Shown: positions 44,987 to 56,211, numbered from the stretch's first letter. The stretch is 64,000 bases of DNA from Rhodoluna sp. (GCA_044372795.1 JBILRF010000001.1:20359-84358), one strand, 5' to 3'. A program made the numbers and translations. Notes: a model not told the origin generated them from the letters alone.

Positions 44987-46375
44987 TTAGCCCAATAATT
45001 CTCGAGCCAGTGACTCTACTTTTGCATGCAGAGTTGGCACGTGCGCCTCATGTTCAGGCTTCATCAACACACTTCTAAGGATCCTGGCCTGATTAGCGTT
45101 CTGCTCAATAGCAATACCTCGCTGCTTTAGCTGGTCTTCCTTGACTACATAGGTAGCAAGATGAATCTGGTCTTCGCGTGGCCCGGTACTTGAACGCAAG
45201 AGAATCTCATGCGAGACGTGATCTAGTTCCGTCATTGAGGAAACTCTCGGCAGGTAGGTCAGAATATCAAGTTCTGGTTTTTGATAAGGCATCAACACAT
45301 CAGATTGCTCTAAGCGCTCATACCAACTCATTGCTGCATTTCTTGTTGGAATTAGAACTGACCCTAAACCTTGTTCAGTTAGAGGGAACATCTTGAGTGT
45401 TGCCCAAATAGCTGCAGCTGACGCTCCAGCTCTTGAGCACTCAAGTTGAATCTCTCCGAAGTGCAAGTCATCAGAGATGAAGTATGTGTAAGGGGAGTCG
45501 TGTTTGTAGAACTTTCCAATAGAAAGATCATTGAAGAACACCGCTCCGCTTCCATAAGGTTGCAAACCGTGCTTGTGAGGATCCACAACTATTGAGTCAG
45601 CATGCTTTAGCGCTGCAAAGTGTCTGGCGGTTTCAGGAGCTAGATGATTCTCCGCGATGAGTTTGAAGAACCCTCCATAAGCGGTATCGACATGCACACG
45701 AGCCTGGTACTTCTTTGCTAATTCAACGATGTCTGCAAGTGGGTCAACTGCACCAAGGCCAGTGGTTCCTAAAGTTGCAACAATGGTGCCGATGGTTCCA
45801 GTCTTTAACTCTTTTTCAAGAGCTTCAAGGGACATGCGCCCGTCAGCTTCAGTTGGAATAGAAACATTTGTGGTTCCTAAAACTTCAGACATTCTTGAGT
45901 GAGTGTAGTGAGCATCGGCAGAGTGTGCGATCTTTTTATCTGGTTGTAACTCTCTGGCAATCCAAAGTGCTTCAAGATTTGCAGTTGTTCCACTCCAGGT
46001 CAGATGTCCTAGAAAGTCTTCTGGGTATTCGAACATAGCTGCCATCTGCTTGAGAACTTCACGTTCCATCGCAGTTGTTGCAGGCGAAGCATCAATTGAA
46101 TGATTGTTTGGATTGAGAATCATCGTGGCTAGGTATGCCGCAACCGCCACAGGATGAGGGGCTTTAAGCATCTGAGCTGCGTAGTTTGGGTGAAAGTATG
46201 GAAAGTTGTTTTCTAACCGATCAGTGAGTTCTCTAAGCACTGCAGAAGCATCACTTTGGCTTTTCTGGAGGCTTGGGTGAGGCTGAAATGATCCGTAGGT
46301 GTCTTTCAACTCTTCAATTGATTGCACTACCTGACTTATCAAAGATGGCAAATGCAGGTCGTTGTTTTCAGCCAC
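44987..46375 (-). CDS. Group II pyridoxal-phosphate-dependent amino-acid decarboxylase (substrate unknown)
   Basis: PLP-lysine motif VVDPHKHGLQPYGSGA and HxD-type SGTTANLEAL. Start re-called to GTG 46375 (AAGGAG 6 nt upstream); the ORF-track start 46501 would overlap the preceding gene by 82 nt. Confidence 0.82.
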   Translation of the reverse strand: MAENNDLHLPSLISQVVQSIEELKDTYGSFQPHPSLQKSQSDASAVLRELTDRLENNFPYFHPNYAAQMLKAPHPVAVAAYLATMILNPNNHSIDASPATTAMEREVLKQMAAMFEYPEDFLGHLTWSGTTANLEALWIARELQPDKKIAHSADAHYTHSRMSEVLGTTNVSIPTEADGRMSLEALEKELKTGTIGTIVATLGTTGLGAVDPLADIVELAKKYQARVHVDTAYGGFFKLIAENHLAPETARHFAALKHADSIVVDPHKHGLQPYGSGAVFFNDLSIGKFYKHDSPYTYFISDDLHFGEIQLECSRAGASAAAIWATLKMFPLTEQGLGSVLIPTRNAAMSWYERLEQSDVLMPYQKPELDILTYLPRVSSMTELDHVSHEILLRSSTGPREDQIHLATYVVKEDQLKQRGIAIEQNANQARILRSVLMKPEHEAHVPTLHAKVESLARELLG

Positions 46376-46419
46376 AGCTAACTCCTTTGTGAACTTGTGG
46401 TTTGGAACTGAATAGTTAC

Positions 46420-46968
46420 TTACTTTTTGCTGCGACGTGGCTTGGGCTTTGGAATTCTTAGCGGACGTGGTTGCATACCTCTGGTGAAAACATAGAACCA
46501 AGTTCCTTTTTGCATCTTTGTTGTTGCACCAAGTCGCTCTTTGATTCTTGCACCAATCATTCGGTGCATGATGGTTGCCTCCATGCTGACCGTGAATAGA
46601 ACTAAGACCATCACAAGGGTAATTAGGTTGTTCGCTGCCACTGGAGTGATTGATGTAACAATAAGGAAGACAATCATCAAAGGCATCAAGCCCTCAATTA
46701 GTGTGTAGCGGCCGTCGATGATTTCTCTGGCTATCTTTCTTTGTGGACCTTGATCTCTACCCAGAAGGTACTTTTCTTCACCAGCCATCATGGCTGCTCT
46801 CGCCTTTAGACGAGAATCGCGCTGCTGAATCCTTGCCTGCTCTCGAGCTTCCTTGCTTTTGTTTCCAACAAGAGGCTTCAGGTTAGCTGCTTCTCGCTCT
46901 TTGCGAGTAGGAGTAGGGCGACCTTTTCCTTGTGCTTTCGATTCGGCATCTTTTTTCTGGTCGCTCAA
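46420..46968 (-). CDS. DUF3043-family membrane protein
   Basis: Basic N-terminus GKGRPTPTRKEREA followed by two TM helices. TTG start with GAAGGA upstream. Confidence 0.78.
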   Translation of the reverse strand: MSDQKKDAESKAQGKGRPTPTRKEREAANLKPLVGNKSKEAREQARIQQRDSRLKARAAMMAGEEKYLLGRDQGPQRKIAREIIDGRYTLIEGLMPLMIVFLIVTSITPVAANNLITLVMVLVLFTVSMEATIMHRMIGARIKERLGATTKMQKGTWFYVFTRGMQPRPLRIPKPKPRRSKK

Positions 46969-47012
46969 GTTATGTCCTTCGTTTTTGGGTCTATGTGATT
47001 TAGATTACTCAC

Positions 47013-48440
47013 ATGACATTCTCTATCACTAACGCTAGTTCACAGGCAATGACACCCGAACCAGGACTCTCCTCTAAGGTTCGAGCAGAAGTTGACAAAG
47101 ATTTCTCGCAACGAGTTGCCACCCTTGGCAAGCTTGTTCGAATCCCAGGTATTGCTTGGGATGCCTTCGATGAGGCTGATCTAGAGAGAAGCGCTGAAGC
47201 CGTTGCTGAGCTGTTCAGGAGCTCAGGTGTTTTCGACGAGGTTGAAATCAAGCGTTCGATAGTCGATGGAAAGCCTGGGGCACCAGCAATTCTGGCTTCA
47301 AGGCCAGCTAAGAATGGCAGACCACACGTTCTTCTATACGCACACCACGATGTTCAGCCGCCGGGAGACGATTCCCAGTGGCAAACTCCTGCCTTTGAGC
47401 CAACTGCGAAGAATGGGCGTATTTATGGTCGAGGAGCAGCTGATGACAAGGCTGGGGTAGTGGCCCACCTGACTGCTATTGAAACCTTGAAGGCTATTTC
47501 AGGCGATGACTTCGACCTAGGCATATCGATCTTTATTGAAGGCGAAGAAGAGGCTGGATCTAGGACTTTTAGGGCATTTTTGGACGAAAACAAGGCAAAA
47601 TTGGCAGCTGATGTCATCATTGTTGCCGATTCCATGAACTGGTCACCAGAGGTTCCAGCTCTAACTGTGAGCCTAAGGGGCATGGTTTCCCAAGAATTCA
47701 CCATCAGAACCATGGAACATGCGGTGCACTCAGGGATGTTTGGCGGTGCTATCCCAGATGCCATGCTGCCAATGATCAAAGTCTTGGCTTCTCTTCACGA
47801 TGACAAGGGAAATGTAGCCATAAAGGGCCTAAGTACCTATAAATTCGAGGATTTACCTTACACAGACGAGAACCTAAGAGCTGACAGCAGCCTTTTGCCT
47901 CAGGTCAGCCAGATCGGTGATGGCGGCATTATGGACCGAATTTGGGGCAAACCAGCCCTAACAATCATTGGAATCGACGTTCCATCGGTGGCTATGTCCT
48001 CAAACACCCTTCTGCCTACAGCTTCAGCCAAAGTTAGCCTCAGAATTGCACCAGGTCAGGACCCAAATGTGGCTCTTGGGCTGTTGCAAGAGCATTTGAG
48101 AGAAAATGTGCCTTTTGGGGCTGTTTTAGAGCTAGGACTGACTGAAACTGGTAAACCTTTCATGGCAGATACCTCTGGCTGGGCCCAAGAATTGGCCAAA
48201 AACAGCCTAGAATCCGCCTTTGGTAACCCTATGGTTGAGATTGGCATCGGCGGATCTATCCCGTTTATCGCTGATTTGACCGAAGTGTTCCCGAAAGCTC
48301 AAATCCTTGTTACAGGAGTCGAAGACGCTGATTCTAGGGCTCACAGCCCAAATGAGTCCGTCCATCTGGAGGGCCTAAAGAATGCCATGGTAGCTGAGGC
48401 GCTATTCCTGATACTTGGCAATAATTTACAATCTGAGTGA
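47013..48440 (+). CDS. M20-family dipeptidase / peptidase
   Basis: M20 metal ligands in the contexts YAHHDVQP, GRGAADDKAG and IEGEEEAGS. 475 aa. Confidence 0.85.
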   Translation: MTFSITNASSQAMTPEPGLSSKVRAEVDKDFSQRVATLGKLVRIPGIAWDAFDEADLERSAEAVAELFRSSGVFDEVEIKRSIVDGKPGAPAILASRPAKNGRPHVLLYAHHDVQPPGDDSQWQTPAFEPTAKNGRIYGRGAADDKAGVVAHLTAIETLKAISGDDFDLGISIFIEGEEEAGSRTFRAFLDENKAKLAADVIIVADSMNWSPEVPALTVSLRGMVSQEFTIRTMEHAVHSGMFGGAIPDAMLPMIKVLASLHDDKGNVAIKGLSTYKFEDLPYTDENLRADSSLLPQVSQIGDGGIMDRIWGKPALTIIGIDVPSVAMSSNTLLPTASAKVSLRIAPGQDPNVALGLLQEHLRENVPFGAVLELGLTETGKPFMADTSGWAQELAKNSLESAFGNPMVEIGIGGSIPFIADLTEVFPKAQILVTGVEDADSRAHSPNESVHLEGLKNAMVAEALFLILGNNLQSE

Positions 48441-48488
48441 GTTATAACTCTCGAGAAGACTTACAATTAGAGCAAATAGGAGATAAAA

Positions 48489-48851
48489 ATGACTGAAACA
48501 ATGACTCATGGACTTGAAATCACCGAAGCTGCTAAAGCAGAGCTTCGCAGACACATTGAATCAGCTGATGTCAGCGACCTTGCAGAAGGGGAGAAGCTCC
48601 GTCTTCGCGTAGAAATCAAGGTTGGTGGTTGCGCAGGCTTCCAGTATTTGCCCTTTATTTTGACTCCAGAACTTCGTGAAGATGACCTAATCAAGGACTT
48701 TGACGGAGTAGAAGTGGTTGTTGACAGCATGACAGCACCATACATCTCTGGAGCAACCTTTGGCTTTGTGGACACTTTCCAAAAGCGTTCTTTCGAAATC
48801 GATAACCCAAACAGCCAGGGCAGTTGCGCCTGCGGATCATCGTTTAGCTAA
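48489..48851 (+). CDS. erpA: HesB/IscA-family iron-sulfur cluster insertion protein
   Basis: 120 aa. Cys in GGCAGF plus the C-terminal CACGSSF motif. Confidence 0.88.
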   Translation: MTETMTHGLEITEAAKAELRRHIESADVSDLAEGEKLRLRVEIKVGGCAGFQYLPFILTPELREDDLIKDFDGVEVVVDSMTAPYISGATFGFVDTFQKRSFEIDNPNSQGSCACGSSFS

Positions 48852-48959
48852 ATATCATAAAAAGGGGTTCTTCCCTTATGTTTTCGGGTGTTTTGGCAGT
48901 TTTGTCGCCAGTTAACACATAAACTTGATTTATAACGAAACGATATTGAAGGATCGATT

Positions 48960-49829
48960 TTGCTTCCAAAACGTAAAAATAGATGGGCAATAATCCCGCT
49001 ATTTGCAGTTCTAATTGCCTCTTTGTCAGGCTGTTCCTCATATGAAGTCTCGAGAGCATGGCTTCCAGGCGTTGAGGGAGTAACAAACCACACAGAGCGA
49101 ATTGTTTCCCTGTGGGTTGGTTCATGGATTGTCCTTTATGCAGTAGGTCTAATCGCCTGGGGATTGATGTTCTGGGCAATAATCGTTTACCGCAGACGCA
49201 AGGGTGACACAGAGATTCCACCTCAGCTTCGTTACAACATGCCAATTGAGGCACTGTTCACCGTAATTCCATTAGTTCTAGTTCTAGGATTCTTTGCACT
49301 GACAGCCCGCGACATGGCTGAAATTGAGAAGCCAATTGCCAGCGACTACCGAATTGAAGTTGTTGGAAAGCAATGGTCTTGGGACTTCAACTACACCAAC
49401 GACAACGTTTTTGACTCTGGTATTCAGCTTCAAGAAGTTACTGACGAAGCAGAGAAAGAGCTACCGACTCTGTACTTACCAGTGAACAGAACTATTCAGT
49501 TCGATCTTGTTTCTAGAGACGTAATTCACTCATTCTGGGTCATTGACTTCCTGTACAAGAAGGATGTTTTCCCAGGCAAGGTCAACAAGATGTACCTCAC
49601 ACCTCAGGTAATTGGTGATTACAAAGGTAAGTGTGCCGAATTGTGTGGAGAGTTCCACTCCATGATGCTTTTCAACGTCAAGGTTGTTTCTCAGGCTGAC
49701 TACGACGCACGTATGGCAGAACTTAGAAGTATGGGTAACGTAGGCCAGCTAACAGCTGATCCAAATGACCCGAACAACGTCAACCGAAACAACAACCTTC
49801 CAGGTAACAAGCCAAAGAGTGAGGGCTAA
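48960..49829 (+). CDS. ctaC: Cytochrome c oxidase subunit II (lipoprotein)
   Basis: Lipobox LSGC after a signal peptide. CuA site [20 protein letters not shown] start with GAAGGA upstream. Confidence 0.93.
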   Translation: MLPKRKNRWAIIPLFAVLIASLSGCSSYEVSRAWLPGVEGVTNHTERIVSLWVGSWIVLYAVGLIAWGLMFWAIIVYRRRKGDTEIPPQLRYNMPIEALFTVIPLVLVLGFFALTARDMAEIEKPIASDYRIEVVGKQWSWDFNYTNDNVFDSGIQLQEVTDEAEKELPTLYLPVNRTIQFDLVSRDVIHSFWVIDFLYKKDVFPGKVNKMYLTPQVIGDYKGKCAELCGEFHSMMLFNVKVVSQADYDARMAELRSMGNVGQLTADPNDPNNVNRNNNLPGNKPKSEG

Positions 49830-49831
49830 AG

Positions 49832-51484
49832 ATGATTCAGCCAGATAAAAAAGCTAAAGGCCGCATCGTTGTTGATTGGCTAACCACTACAGACCACAAG
49901 AAGATTGGTTACCTGTACCTAGGTACTTCATTTGTTTATTTCATGATTGCAGGTGTGATGGCTCTGCTCATTAGAGCTCAGCTAGCAATGCCAGGTTTGA
50001 CGATCATTCAAACCAAAGAGCAGTACAACCAGCTATTCACAATGCACGGAACCATCATGCTTTTGATGTTTGCAACTCCACTTTTTGCTGGGTTTGCTAA
50101 CGTGCTGATGCCAGTTCAGATTGGTGCACCGGATGTTGCTTTCCCGAGACTAAACGCGATTGCTTACTGGTTCTACTTCTGGGGTTCATTCATTGCAGTC
50201 GCAGGTTTCTTTACTCCGCAGGGAGCTGCATCATTCGGTTGGTTCGCTTATGCGCCTCTATCAAATACGACGTTCTCGCCAGGACTAGGTGGAGATTTAT
50301 GGGTCTTTGGTCTAGCACTTAGCGGTTTCGGAACAATTATGGGTGGTGTGAACTTCATCACAACCATCATCACAATGCGTGCACCTGGTATGACAATGTT
50401 CCGCATGCCTATCTTTACTTGGAACACACTGGTCACATCGATTCTGGTAATCATGGCTTTCCCACCTCTTGCAGCTGCTTTGTTTGCTCTTGGTGCTGAT
50501 AGAAAATTCGGGGCACATATCTTTGATCCAGAAAACGGGGGAGCGATGCTCTGGCAACACCTCTTCTGGTTCTTTGGTCACCCAGAGGTTTACATCATTG
50601 CTCTACCGTTCTTCGGTATCGTATCTGAAATCTTCCCAGTGTTCAGCAGAAAGCCGGTGTTCGGTTATAGAACTCTGGTTTACGCAACGATTGCAATTGC
50701 TGCGTTGTCAATGACTGTTTGGGCTCACCACATGTACGTAACAGGTTCAGTCCTTCTTGCATTCTTCGCATTCACTACGATGTTGATTGCAGTTCCTACC
50801 GGTGTGAAAATATTTAACTGGATAGGAACGATGTGGCGGGGATCTATCACGTTTGAAACACCGATGCTATGGAGCCTAGGATTCCTAACCACTTTCATCT
50901 TCGGAGGCCTAACTGGAGTAATTCTTTCCTCACCAGCTCTTGACTTCCACTTGAGCGATTCATACTTCGTTGTTGCACACTTCCACTACGTAGTATTCGG
51001 AACCGTTGTGTTCGCGATGTTCGCAGGTTTCTATTTCTGGTGGCCAAAGTTCACTGGAAAGATGTTGAACGAGCGTCTAGGAAAGATTCACTTCTGGCTA
51101 CTGTTCTTCGGTTTCCACATGACATTCCTAATTCAACACTGGTTGGGTGTGAAAGGTATGCCTCGTCGCTACTACACCTACCTAGAGGGTGATGGCTTCA
51201 CTTGGATGAACCAGGTTTCAACAGCAGGTTCATTGTTGCTTGGCCTATCGATGCTTCCATTCCTATGGAACGTATGGGTCACCAGCCGCAAGGGCAAGAT
51301 GGTAGAGATGAATGACCCTTGGGGTTATGGCCGCTCACTGGAGTGGGCAACTGCATCACCTTTCCCAAGACACAACTTCACTTCGATTCCAAGAATCAGA
51401 AGCGAGTCACCAGCTTTCGATCTGAATCACCCAGAGTATGCATCGCCTGATGCGAAACCTCTAACGAAAGAGAGGAAGGAGTAG
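49832..51484 (+). CDS. ctaD: Cytochrome c oxidase subunit I
   Basis: 12-TM heme-copper oxidase with [10 protein letters not shown] and HHMY motifs. Confidence 0.97.
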   Translation: MIQPDKKAKGRIVVDWLTTTDHKKIGYLYLGTSFVYFMIAGVMALLIRAQLAMPGLTIIQTKEQYNQLFTMHGTIMLLMFATPLFAGFANVLMPVQIGAPDVAFPRLNAIAYWFYFWGSFIAVAGFFTPQGAASFGWFAYAPLSNTTFSPGLGGDLWVFGLALSGFGTIMGGVNFITTIITMRAPGMTMFRMPIFTWNTLVTSILVIMAFPPLAAALFALGADRKFGAHIFDPENGGAMLWQHLFWFFGHPEVYIIALPFFGIVSEIFPVFSRKPVFGYRTLVYATIAIAALSMTVWAHHMYVTGSVLLAFFAFTTMLIAVPTGVKIFNWIGTMWRGSITFETPMLWSLGFLTTFIFGGLTGVILSSPALDFHLSDSYFVVAHFHYVVFGTVVFAMFAGFYFWWPKFTGKMLNERLGKIHFWLLFFGFHMTFLIQHWLGVKGMPRRYYTYLEGDGFTWMNQVSTAGSLLLGLSMLPFLWNVWVTSRKGKMVEMNDPWGYGRSLEWATASPFPRHNFTSIPRIRSESPAFDLNHPEYASPDAKPLTKERKE

Positions 51485-51486
51485 CC

Positions 51487-51897
51487 ATGAAGACTAACGT
51501 AACAATGCTGAATGTGCTAACTGTTTTCAACCTCGTTGTGGCAGCGGTTTATGGTTACTGGACTTACATCGCTGACGGTGAAATCGAAGTTATTGGTTTC
51601 TCAGCACTTGGCATGCTGGTCTTCTTGACTGGATTCATCTCTTTCTATCTAGCAAAGTCAGCTAGGAACTTCACAGGTCCTGAAGACAACCCGGACGCAA
51701 ACATTGAAGATGGCGAAGCTGAGATGGGCTTCTATGCTCCATGGTCTTGGTGGCCACTAATGCTGGGTGTGGGAAGCGCAATCTGCTTCACAGCCCTTGC
51801 AGTTGGCTGGTGGGTAATGTGGATTGGACTTCCGTTCTCAATCCTTGCTCTTATCGGATTTGTTTTTGAGCACTCAAGAGGGCAACACGCTCACTAA
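51487..51897 (+). CDS. ctaF: Cytochrome c oxidase subunit IV (actinobacterial CtaF)
   Basis: 136 aa, four TM segments, immediately after ctaD. Confidence 0.85.
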   Translation: MKTNVTMLNVLTVFNLVVAAVYGYWTYIADGEIEVIGFSALGMLVFLTGFISFYLAKSARNFTGPEDNPDANIEDGEAEMGFYAPWSWWPLMLGVGSAICFTALAVGWWVMWIGLPFSILALIGFVFEHSRGQHAH

Positions 51898-51918
51898 AAA
51901 CTAAATTGATTAAGTAGT

Positions 51919-51957
51919 AATCCCGATCACTTTATTGGTGGTCGGGATTTCTATTTG
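51919..51957 (+). terminator. Intrinsic terminator after ctaF
   Basis: AATCCCGATCAC (51919-51930) pairs with GTGGTCGGGATT (51938-51949), 12 bp with one G.U pair, followed by TCTATTT. Confidence 0.7.
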
Positions 51958-51997
51958 AGGCATAGGTGGAGTGAGCGCTGGAGATTGATACCAAGTT

Positions 51998-52028
51998 AAA
52001 CAGAAAACCCGCCACGTTAGTAGCGGGT
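51998..52028 (-). terminator. Intrinsic terminator after qcrB
   Basis: On the minus strand, ACCCGC-loop-GCGGGT (52007-52028) is followed by TTTTCTGTTT. Confidence 0.6.
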
Positions 52029-52048
52029 CATCCATTAGAACTAGCTGC

Positions 52049-53695
52049 TTACTTCTTGTCTGACTCGATAGCTTTCTGAACTTGAGCTTCAAGTTCCGCA
52101 TTGTGGTGCTGAGCTTCAGTAATCTCTGACTGAGTAGCAGGGGAGATTCTGTCTTGGAAGTAGAAGCGTGAGAGAGCAGATCTGATTCGAGCTCCAACAG
52201 TGATCTGACCCTTAGCATTTGGTCTTGCCATAGTCGGTTTGTAGTCTTTGTAATCTACAAGCTTGTATAGCTCGTGCGGATCCAGTGGTTCGTGAACTTC
52301 AATGTATTCACCGTGTGGAAGTCGAACAATTCTTCCTGACTCACGACCATGAATAGCAATCTCTTTGTCCTTGCGTTGAAGTGCTAGACATACTCGCTTG
52401 GTAACCCAGAAGGACAGGATTGGAAGCAGTATCAAAGAGATCTGCATCGAAATCAAAACCTGGTTCAAAGACATCTTGAAGTGAGTTGCAATCAAGTCTG
52501 TGCTGGCACCAGCCCATAGCACTGCATAGAACATAACACCGGCTGCACCAATTGCTGTGCGAGTAGGTGCGTTACGTGGACGATCTAGAGCGTGGTGTTC
52601 GCGCTTGTCTCCGGTTACCCAGCTCTCAATGAATGGGTAAACAGCAACGATAGCTAGGAACACGAGGCTAATAACAAGAGGTAACAAAATGTTCATGGAA
52701 ACTGTGTAGTCACCAAGCATGAACTCCATACCTGTTGGAGCAAGACGCAACGCTCCATCTAGCCATCCGATGTACCAGTCAGGTTGAGTACCAGCTGAAA
52801 CAGGGGATGGGTCGTAACCACCGTAGTTCCAAATCGGGTTGATGGTGAAGAAGGTTGAGATAACCATAATCACACCGAACACGATGAAGAAGAATCCACC
52901 AGCTTTTGCTACATACACAGGCATAAGTGGGTAACCAACGATGTTGGTGTCACTCTTACCTGGACCTGAGTAGTGGGTGTGCTTGTGAATGATAAGCATG
53001 AACAAGTGAATAGCAAGGAATACAAGAATCAAAGCAGGTATCAGCATGATGTGCAGAGCGTAAAGTCTTCCGATTACAACGTGACCTGGGAACTCACCAC
53101 CGAATAGCAGCGACGAAATTCCAGTTCCAATAAATGGAACTCCCTTGATCATTCCATCGATAATTCTCAGACCGTTACCTGATAGCAGGTCATCTGGAAG
53201 AGAGTAACCGGTGAAACCCGCAGCCATGGCTAGAACAAATAGCATGAAACCAACAACCCAGTTCAATTCACGAGGCTTGCGGAATGCTCCTGTGAAGAAC
53301 ACGCGAAGCATGTGTAATCCAGCAGCAGCAACAAAAAGCAACGCTGACCAGTGGTGAACGTGTCTCATCAAAAGTCCACCACGCACTTCAAACGTGATAT
53401 ACAAGCTTGACTCGTATGCCTTAGAGATCAACGCATCCTTTAGGGGAGCGTAGACACCGTCATAGTGAACCAATGCCATTGATGGGTCATAGAAGAAAGT
53501 AAGGAAAGTTCCAGATAGAAGAAGTACGAAGAATGAGTACATCGCAACTTCACCAAGCATGAATGACCAGTGGTCAGGGAAAATCTTTCTTCCGAATTCC
53601 TTGAGGATTCCTGAAGCGCCAACTCTTTCATCAACGTAGTTTGCAGTTCCTGCTAGGAAAGAATTAGTTTTTGGTTTGGTCTTAGTCATAGACAT
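52049..53695 (-). CDS. qcrB: Cytochrome bc1 (bcc) complex cytochrome b subunit
   Basis: 548 aa polytopic cytochrome b with the actinobacterial C-terminal extension. TAATG overlap with qcrA. Confidence 0.95.
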   Translation of the reverse strand: MSMTKTKPKTNSFLAGTANYVDERVGASGILKEFGRKIFPDHWSFMLGEVAMYSFFVLLLSGTFLTFFYDPSMALVHYDGVYAPLKDALISKAYESSLYITFEVRGGLLMRHVHHWSALLFVAAAGLHMLRVFFTGAFRKPRELNWVVGFMLFVLAMAAGFTGYSLPDDLLSGNGLRIIDGMIKGVPFIGTGISSLLFGGEFPGHVVIGRLYALHIMLIPALILVFLAIHLFMLIIHKHTHYSGPGKSDTNIVGYPLMPVYVAKAGGFFFIVFGVIMVISTFFTINPIWNYGGYDPSPVSAGTQPDWYIGWLDGALRLAPTGMEFMLGDYTVSMNILLPLVISLVFLAIVAVYPFIESWVTGDKREHHALDRPRNAPTRTAIGAAGVMFYAVLWAGASTDLIATHFKMSLNQVLISMQISLILLPILSFWVTKRVCLALQRKDKEIAIHGRESGRIVRLPHGEYIEVHEPLDPHELYKLVDYKDYKPTMARPNAKGQITVGARIRSALSRFYFQDRISPATQSEITEAQHHNAELEAQVQKAIESDKK

Positions 53696-54753
53696 TACTT
53701 CACACTCCTATCCCAGAATGAAGGCCCTACTGGTTCTAGGAAGTCACTTTGTGCTACAAGGTAGCCTTCGCTGTCAACGGTGATTGGCAGTTGAGGAAGA
53801 GCTCTAGCAGCTGGACCAAATACAACCTTGCAACCGTCGACAAGATCGAAAGTTGATTGGTGGCATGGGCACAGTAGGTGGTGGGTGTGCTGCTCGTAAA
53901 GAGCTACAGGACAACCAACGTGAGTACAAATCTTTGAGTAAGCAACGATTCCTTGGTAAGACCAATTCTTTCGTTCCTCAGTTTCAATAAGTTCGCTTGG
54001 GTCAACACGAACAAGAAGAACAGCGGCCTTGGCTTTCTGTTCAAGGTAATCTTTCTGCTCTGGATTTAATCCAGCAGGGATTACTTGGAATACTGAACCA
54101 AGAGTTACATCAGACGCCTTGATTTCAATTCCTGTTGGGTCTTTCGCTAGGCGAGTGCCCTTCTTCCAGAAAGTGTGTCTAAGTGAATCACCTGGGTTTG
54201 GACCTAGATCTGCAAACAGAATGATTCCTGGAAGTGGGAATAGAGCAAGTGATCCGTAAAGAGTTCTGCGAATCAGTTTTCTTCTTGTGAAACCCGATTC
54301 TTGGTTAGCCGCTGCCAAGATTTCAATTGCAGCTGCACGCTTTTCCTCTGTGCCACGAGTTAGGTGACGCTCTTCAGAAACTTCGTTGTCAGGCATAAGT
54401 GTCTTAGCCCAGTGAACTGCACCGATACCAATACCTAGAAGACCAAGGGTCATTCCGATTCCAAGGTAAATAGTGTTCAACCGAACACTTGATAGATCTT
54501 CTGAAAGTGGGAAAGCAAAGTACGCCCACATTGCGAATGCACTTCCAAGCATTGAAAGAGTGAATAGCACTGCTACTTGACGAACTGCAGCTTTCTCATG
54601 CTTGACGCTCTTGTCTGTCATGCGCACTCTGTGCGGCTCAAGACCAGGGTCTGCTACAGGATCAAGATTTGCTACACGTAACCCAGAGTCATACTCGTGT
54701 TCTGGAGCGTTGCCAGATTTGTTGAGCTCAACTTCTTTCGAATTGTCAGTCAA
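53695..54753 (-). CDS. qcrA: Cytochrome bc1 complex Rieske iron-sulfur subunit
   Basis: Rieske motifs CTHVGCP and CPCHQS. Three N-terminal TM helices. Confidence 0.95.
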   Translation of the reverse strand: MTDNSKEVELNKSGNAPEHEYDSGLRVANLDPVADPGLEPHRVRMTDKSVKHEKAAVRQVAVLFTLSMLGSAFAMWAYFAFPLSEDLSSVRLNTIYLGIGMTLGLLGIGIGAVHWAKTLMPDNEVSEERHLTRGTEEKRAAAIEILAAANQESGFTRRKLIRRTLYGSLALFPLPGIILFADLGPNPGDSLRHTFWKKGTRLAKDPTGIEIKASDVTLGSVFQVIPAGLNPEQKDYLEQKAKAAVLLVRVDPSELIETEERKNWSYQGIVAYSKICTHVGCPVALYEQHTHHLLCPCHQSTFDLVDGCKVVFGPAARALPQLPITVDSEGYLVAQSDFLEPVGPSFWDRSVK

Positions 54754-54765
54754 TTTAATCTTTCT

Positions 54766-55563
54766 TTAGTTGGACTTGGCGGCTAGCCAAACAGCGATGA
54801 TGATTAGTAAGCCTAGGAGACCGAACCATGCAACTAGGCCTTCAGATACAGGGCCTAAGCTTCCTAGTTCTTCACCACCTACAGAGTTGTTGTTCTGAAC
54901 GTAAACAAGGTAGGTGATGATGTCGTTCTTTTGTTCTGGAGTCAGGTTTGCGTCATTGAATACAGGCATGTTCTGTGGACCAGTAATCATTGCCTCGTAA
55001 ATAATCTTTGGTGTTGAGTTCATCAGGTGAGGAGCGTACTTACCCTCAGTTAGAGCACCACCTGCTCCTGCAGCGTTGTGACACATTGCACAGTTAATTC
55101 TGAAAAGTTCTCCACCAGTTGAAGGGTTTCCATTTGCTTGAAGATAAGCAGCATCTGGAATTGAAGGGCCATCGCCAAGGGATCCGATGTATGCAGCCAT
55201 AGCGGCAATCTCTTCTTCGGTGAACTGAACTGGTTTCACTTCAAGCTGAGGACCGCTAGCAGCTCCTGGCATACGACCGGTTGAAACTTGGAAGTCAACT
55301 GAGGCTTCACCAACACCAATCAAGCTTGGACCGTTTGCAGTTCCTTCAGCATTCTTACCGTGACATGAGGAACAGTTTGCAAGGAAAATCTTTTTACCAA
55401 GATCGATTTGTTCTTGGGTTCTAACAATTTCACGATTAGGGGAGACGGCAGCACTTACTGTTGTGTAACCGGTGCCAATCACTAGTAGAGCAGCGAACAT
55501 GACAATACCTAGAGCTTTCGGACTGCGTCGCATTCCGTTGATTCTGCGCCTAAGTTGCTTCAT
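54766..55563 (-). CDS. qcrC: Cytochrome bc1 complex diheme cytochrome c subunit
   Basis: Two heme c sites, CSSCHG and CAMCHN. C-terminal TM anchor. Confidence 0.95.
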   Translation of the reverse strand: MKQLRRRINGMRRSPKALGIVMFAALLVIGTGYTTVSAAVSPNREIVRTQEQIDLGKKIFLANCSSCHGKNAEGTANGPSLIGVGEASVDFQVSTGRMPGAASGPQLEVKPVQFTEEEIAAMAAYIGSLGDGPSIPDAAYLQANGNPSTGGELFRINCAMCHNAAGAGGALTEGKYAPHLMNSTPKIIYEAMITGPQNMPVFNDANLTPEQKNDIITYLVYVQNNNSVGGEELGSLGPVSEGLVAWFGLLGLLIIIAVWLAAKSN

Positions 55564-55593
55564 TTGTTGATTTAGCTCTTTTCTTTTCTAGGG

Positions 55594-56211
55594 TTATTTC
55601 AAAACGTAGATGATGAGGAAAAGACCAATCCAAACCACATCAACAAAGTGCCAGTAGTAAGAAACAACAATTGCTGCAGTTGCTTCTTTGTGACCAAACT
55701 TTTTAGCAGCAAAGGTTCTTCCGATAACAAATAGGAAGGCAATCAAACCACCGGTTACGTGCAAGGCGTGGAAACCAGTGGTGATGTAGAACGCAGAGCC
55801 GTAAGAATCGCTACTTAGAGTTACACCTTCGCTGATAAGGATTGCGTACTCCCAAACCTGGCCAGCTACGAAGATTGCACCTAGAACATAACTGATCATG
55901 AACCACTCAACCATTCCCCATTTCATAGGGGACTTACCGGTTGATCTAGGCTGCATACGTTCTGCTGCGAAAACACCAAACTGGGCAGTAAACGAGGAAG
56001 CCACAAGGATTAGCGTGTTTATAAGCGCGAAAGGCACGTTTAGAAGCTCAGTACCAGCTGACCATAGTTCCGGAGCATTAGCTCTAAGGCTGAAATACAT
56101 GGCAAACAGGGCTGCAAAGAACATAACTTCGCTGCCAAGCCAGACGATTGTTCCTACCGAAGTGGCACTAGGGCGGTGTATTTGCTGGTTAGCTAGGGGA
56201 GCGGTAGACAT
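55594..56211 (-). CDS. ctaE: Cytochrome c oxidase subunit III
   Basis: 205 aa, five TM segments, conserved WHFVDVVW. Heads the ctaE-qcrCAB operon. Confidence 0.93.
   Translation of the reverse strand: MSTAPLANQQIHRPSATSVGTIVWLGSEVMFFAALFAMYFSLRANAPELWSAGTELLNVPFALINTLILVASSFTAQFGVFAAERMQPRSTGKSPMKWGMVEWFMISYVLGAIFVAGQVWEYAILISEGVTLSSDSYGSAFYITTGFHALHVTGGLIAFLFVIGRTFAAKKFGHKEATAAIVVSYYWHFVDVVWIGLFLIIYVLK

Noticed and set aside
48844-49254. 136-aa minus-strand ORF over the erpA-ctaC spacer and the ctaC 5' end.
   Set aside because: It is antisense to the ctaC signal peptide and TM region, with no homology or RBS. ctaC itself is unambiguous (lipobox and CuA site).
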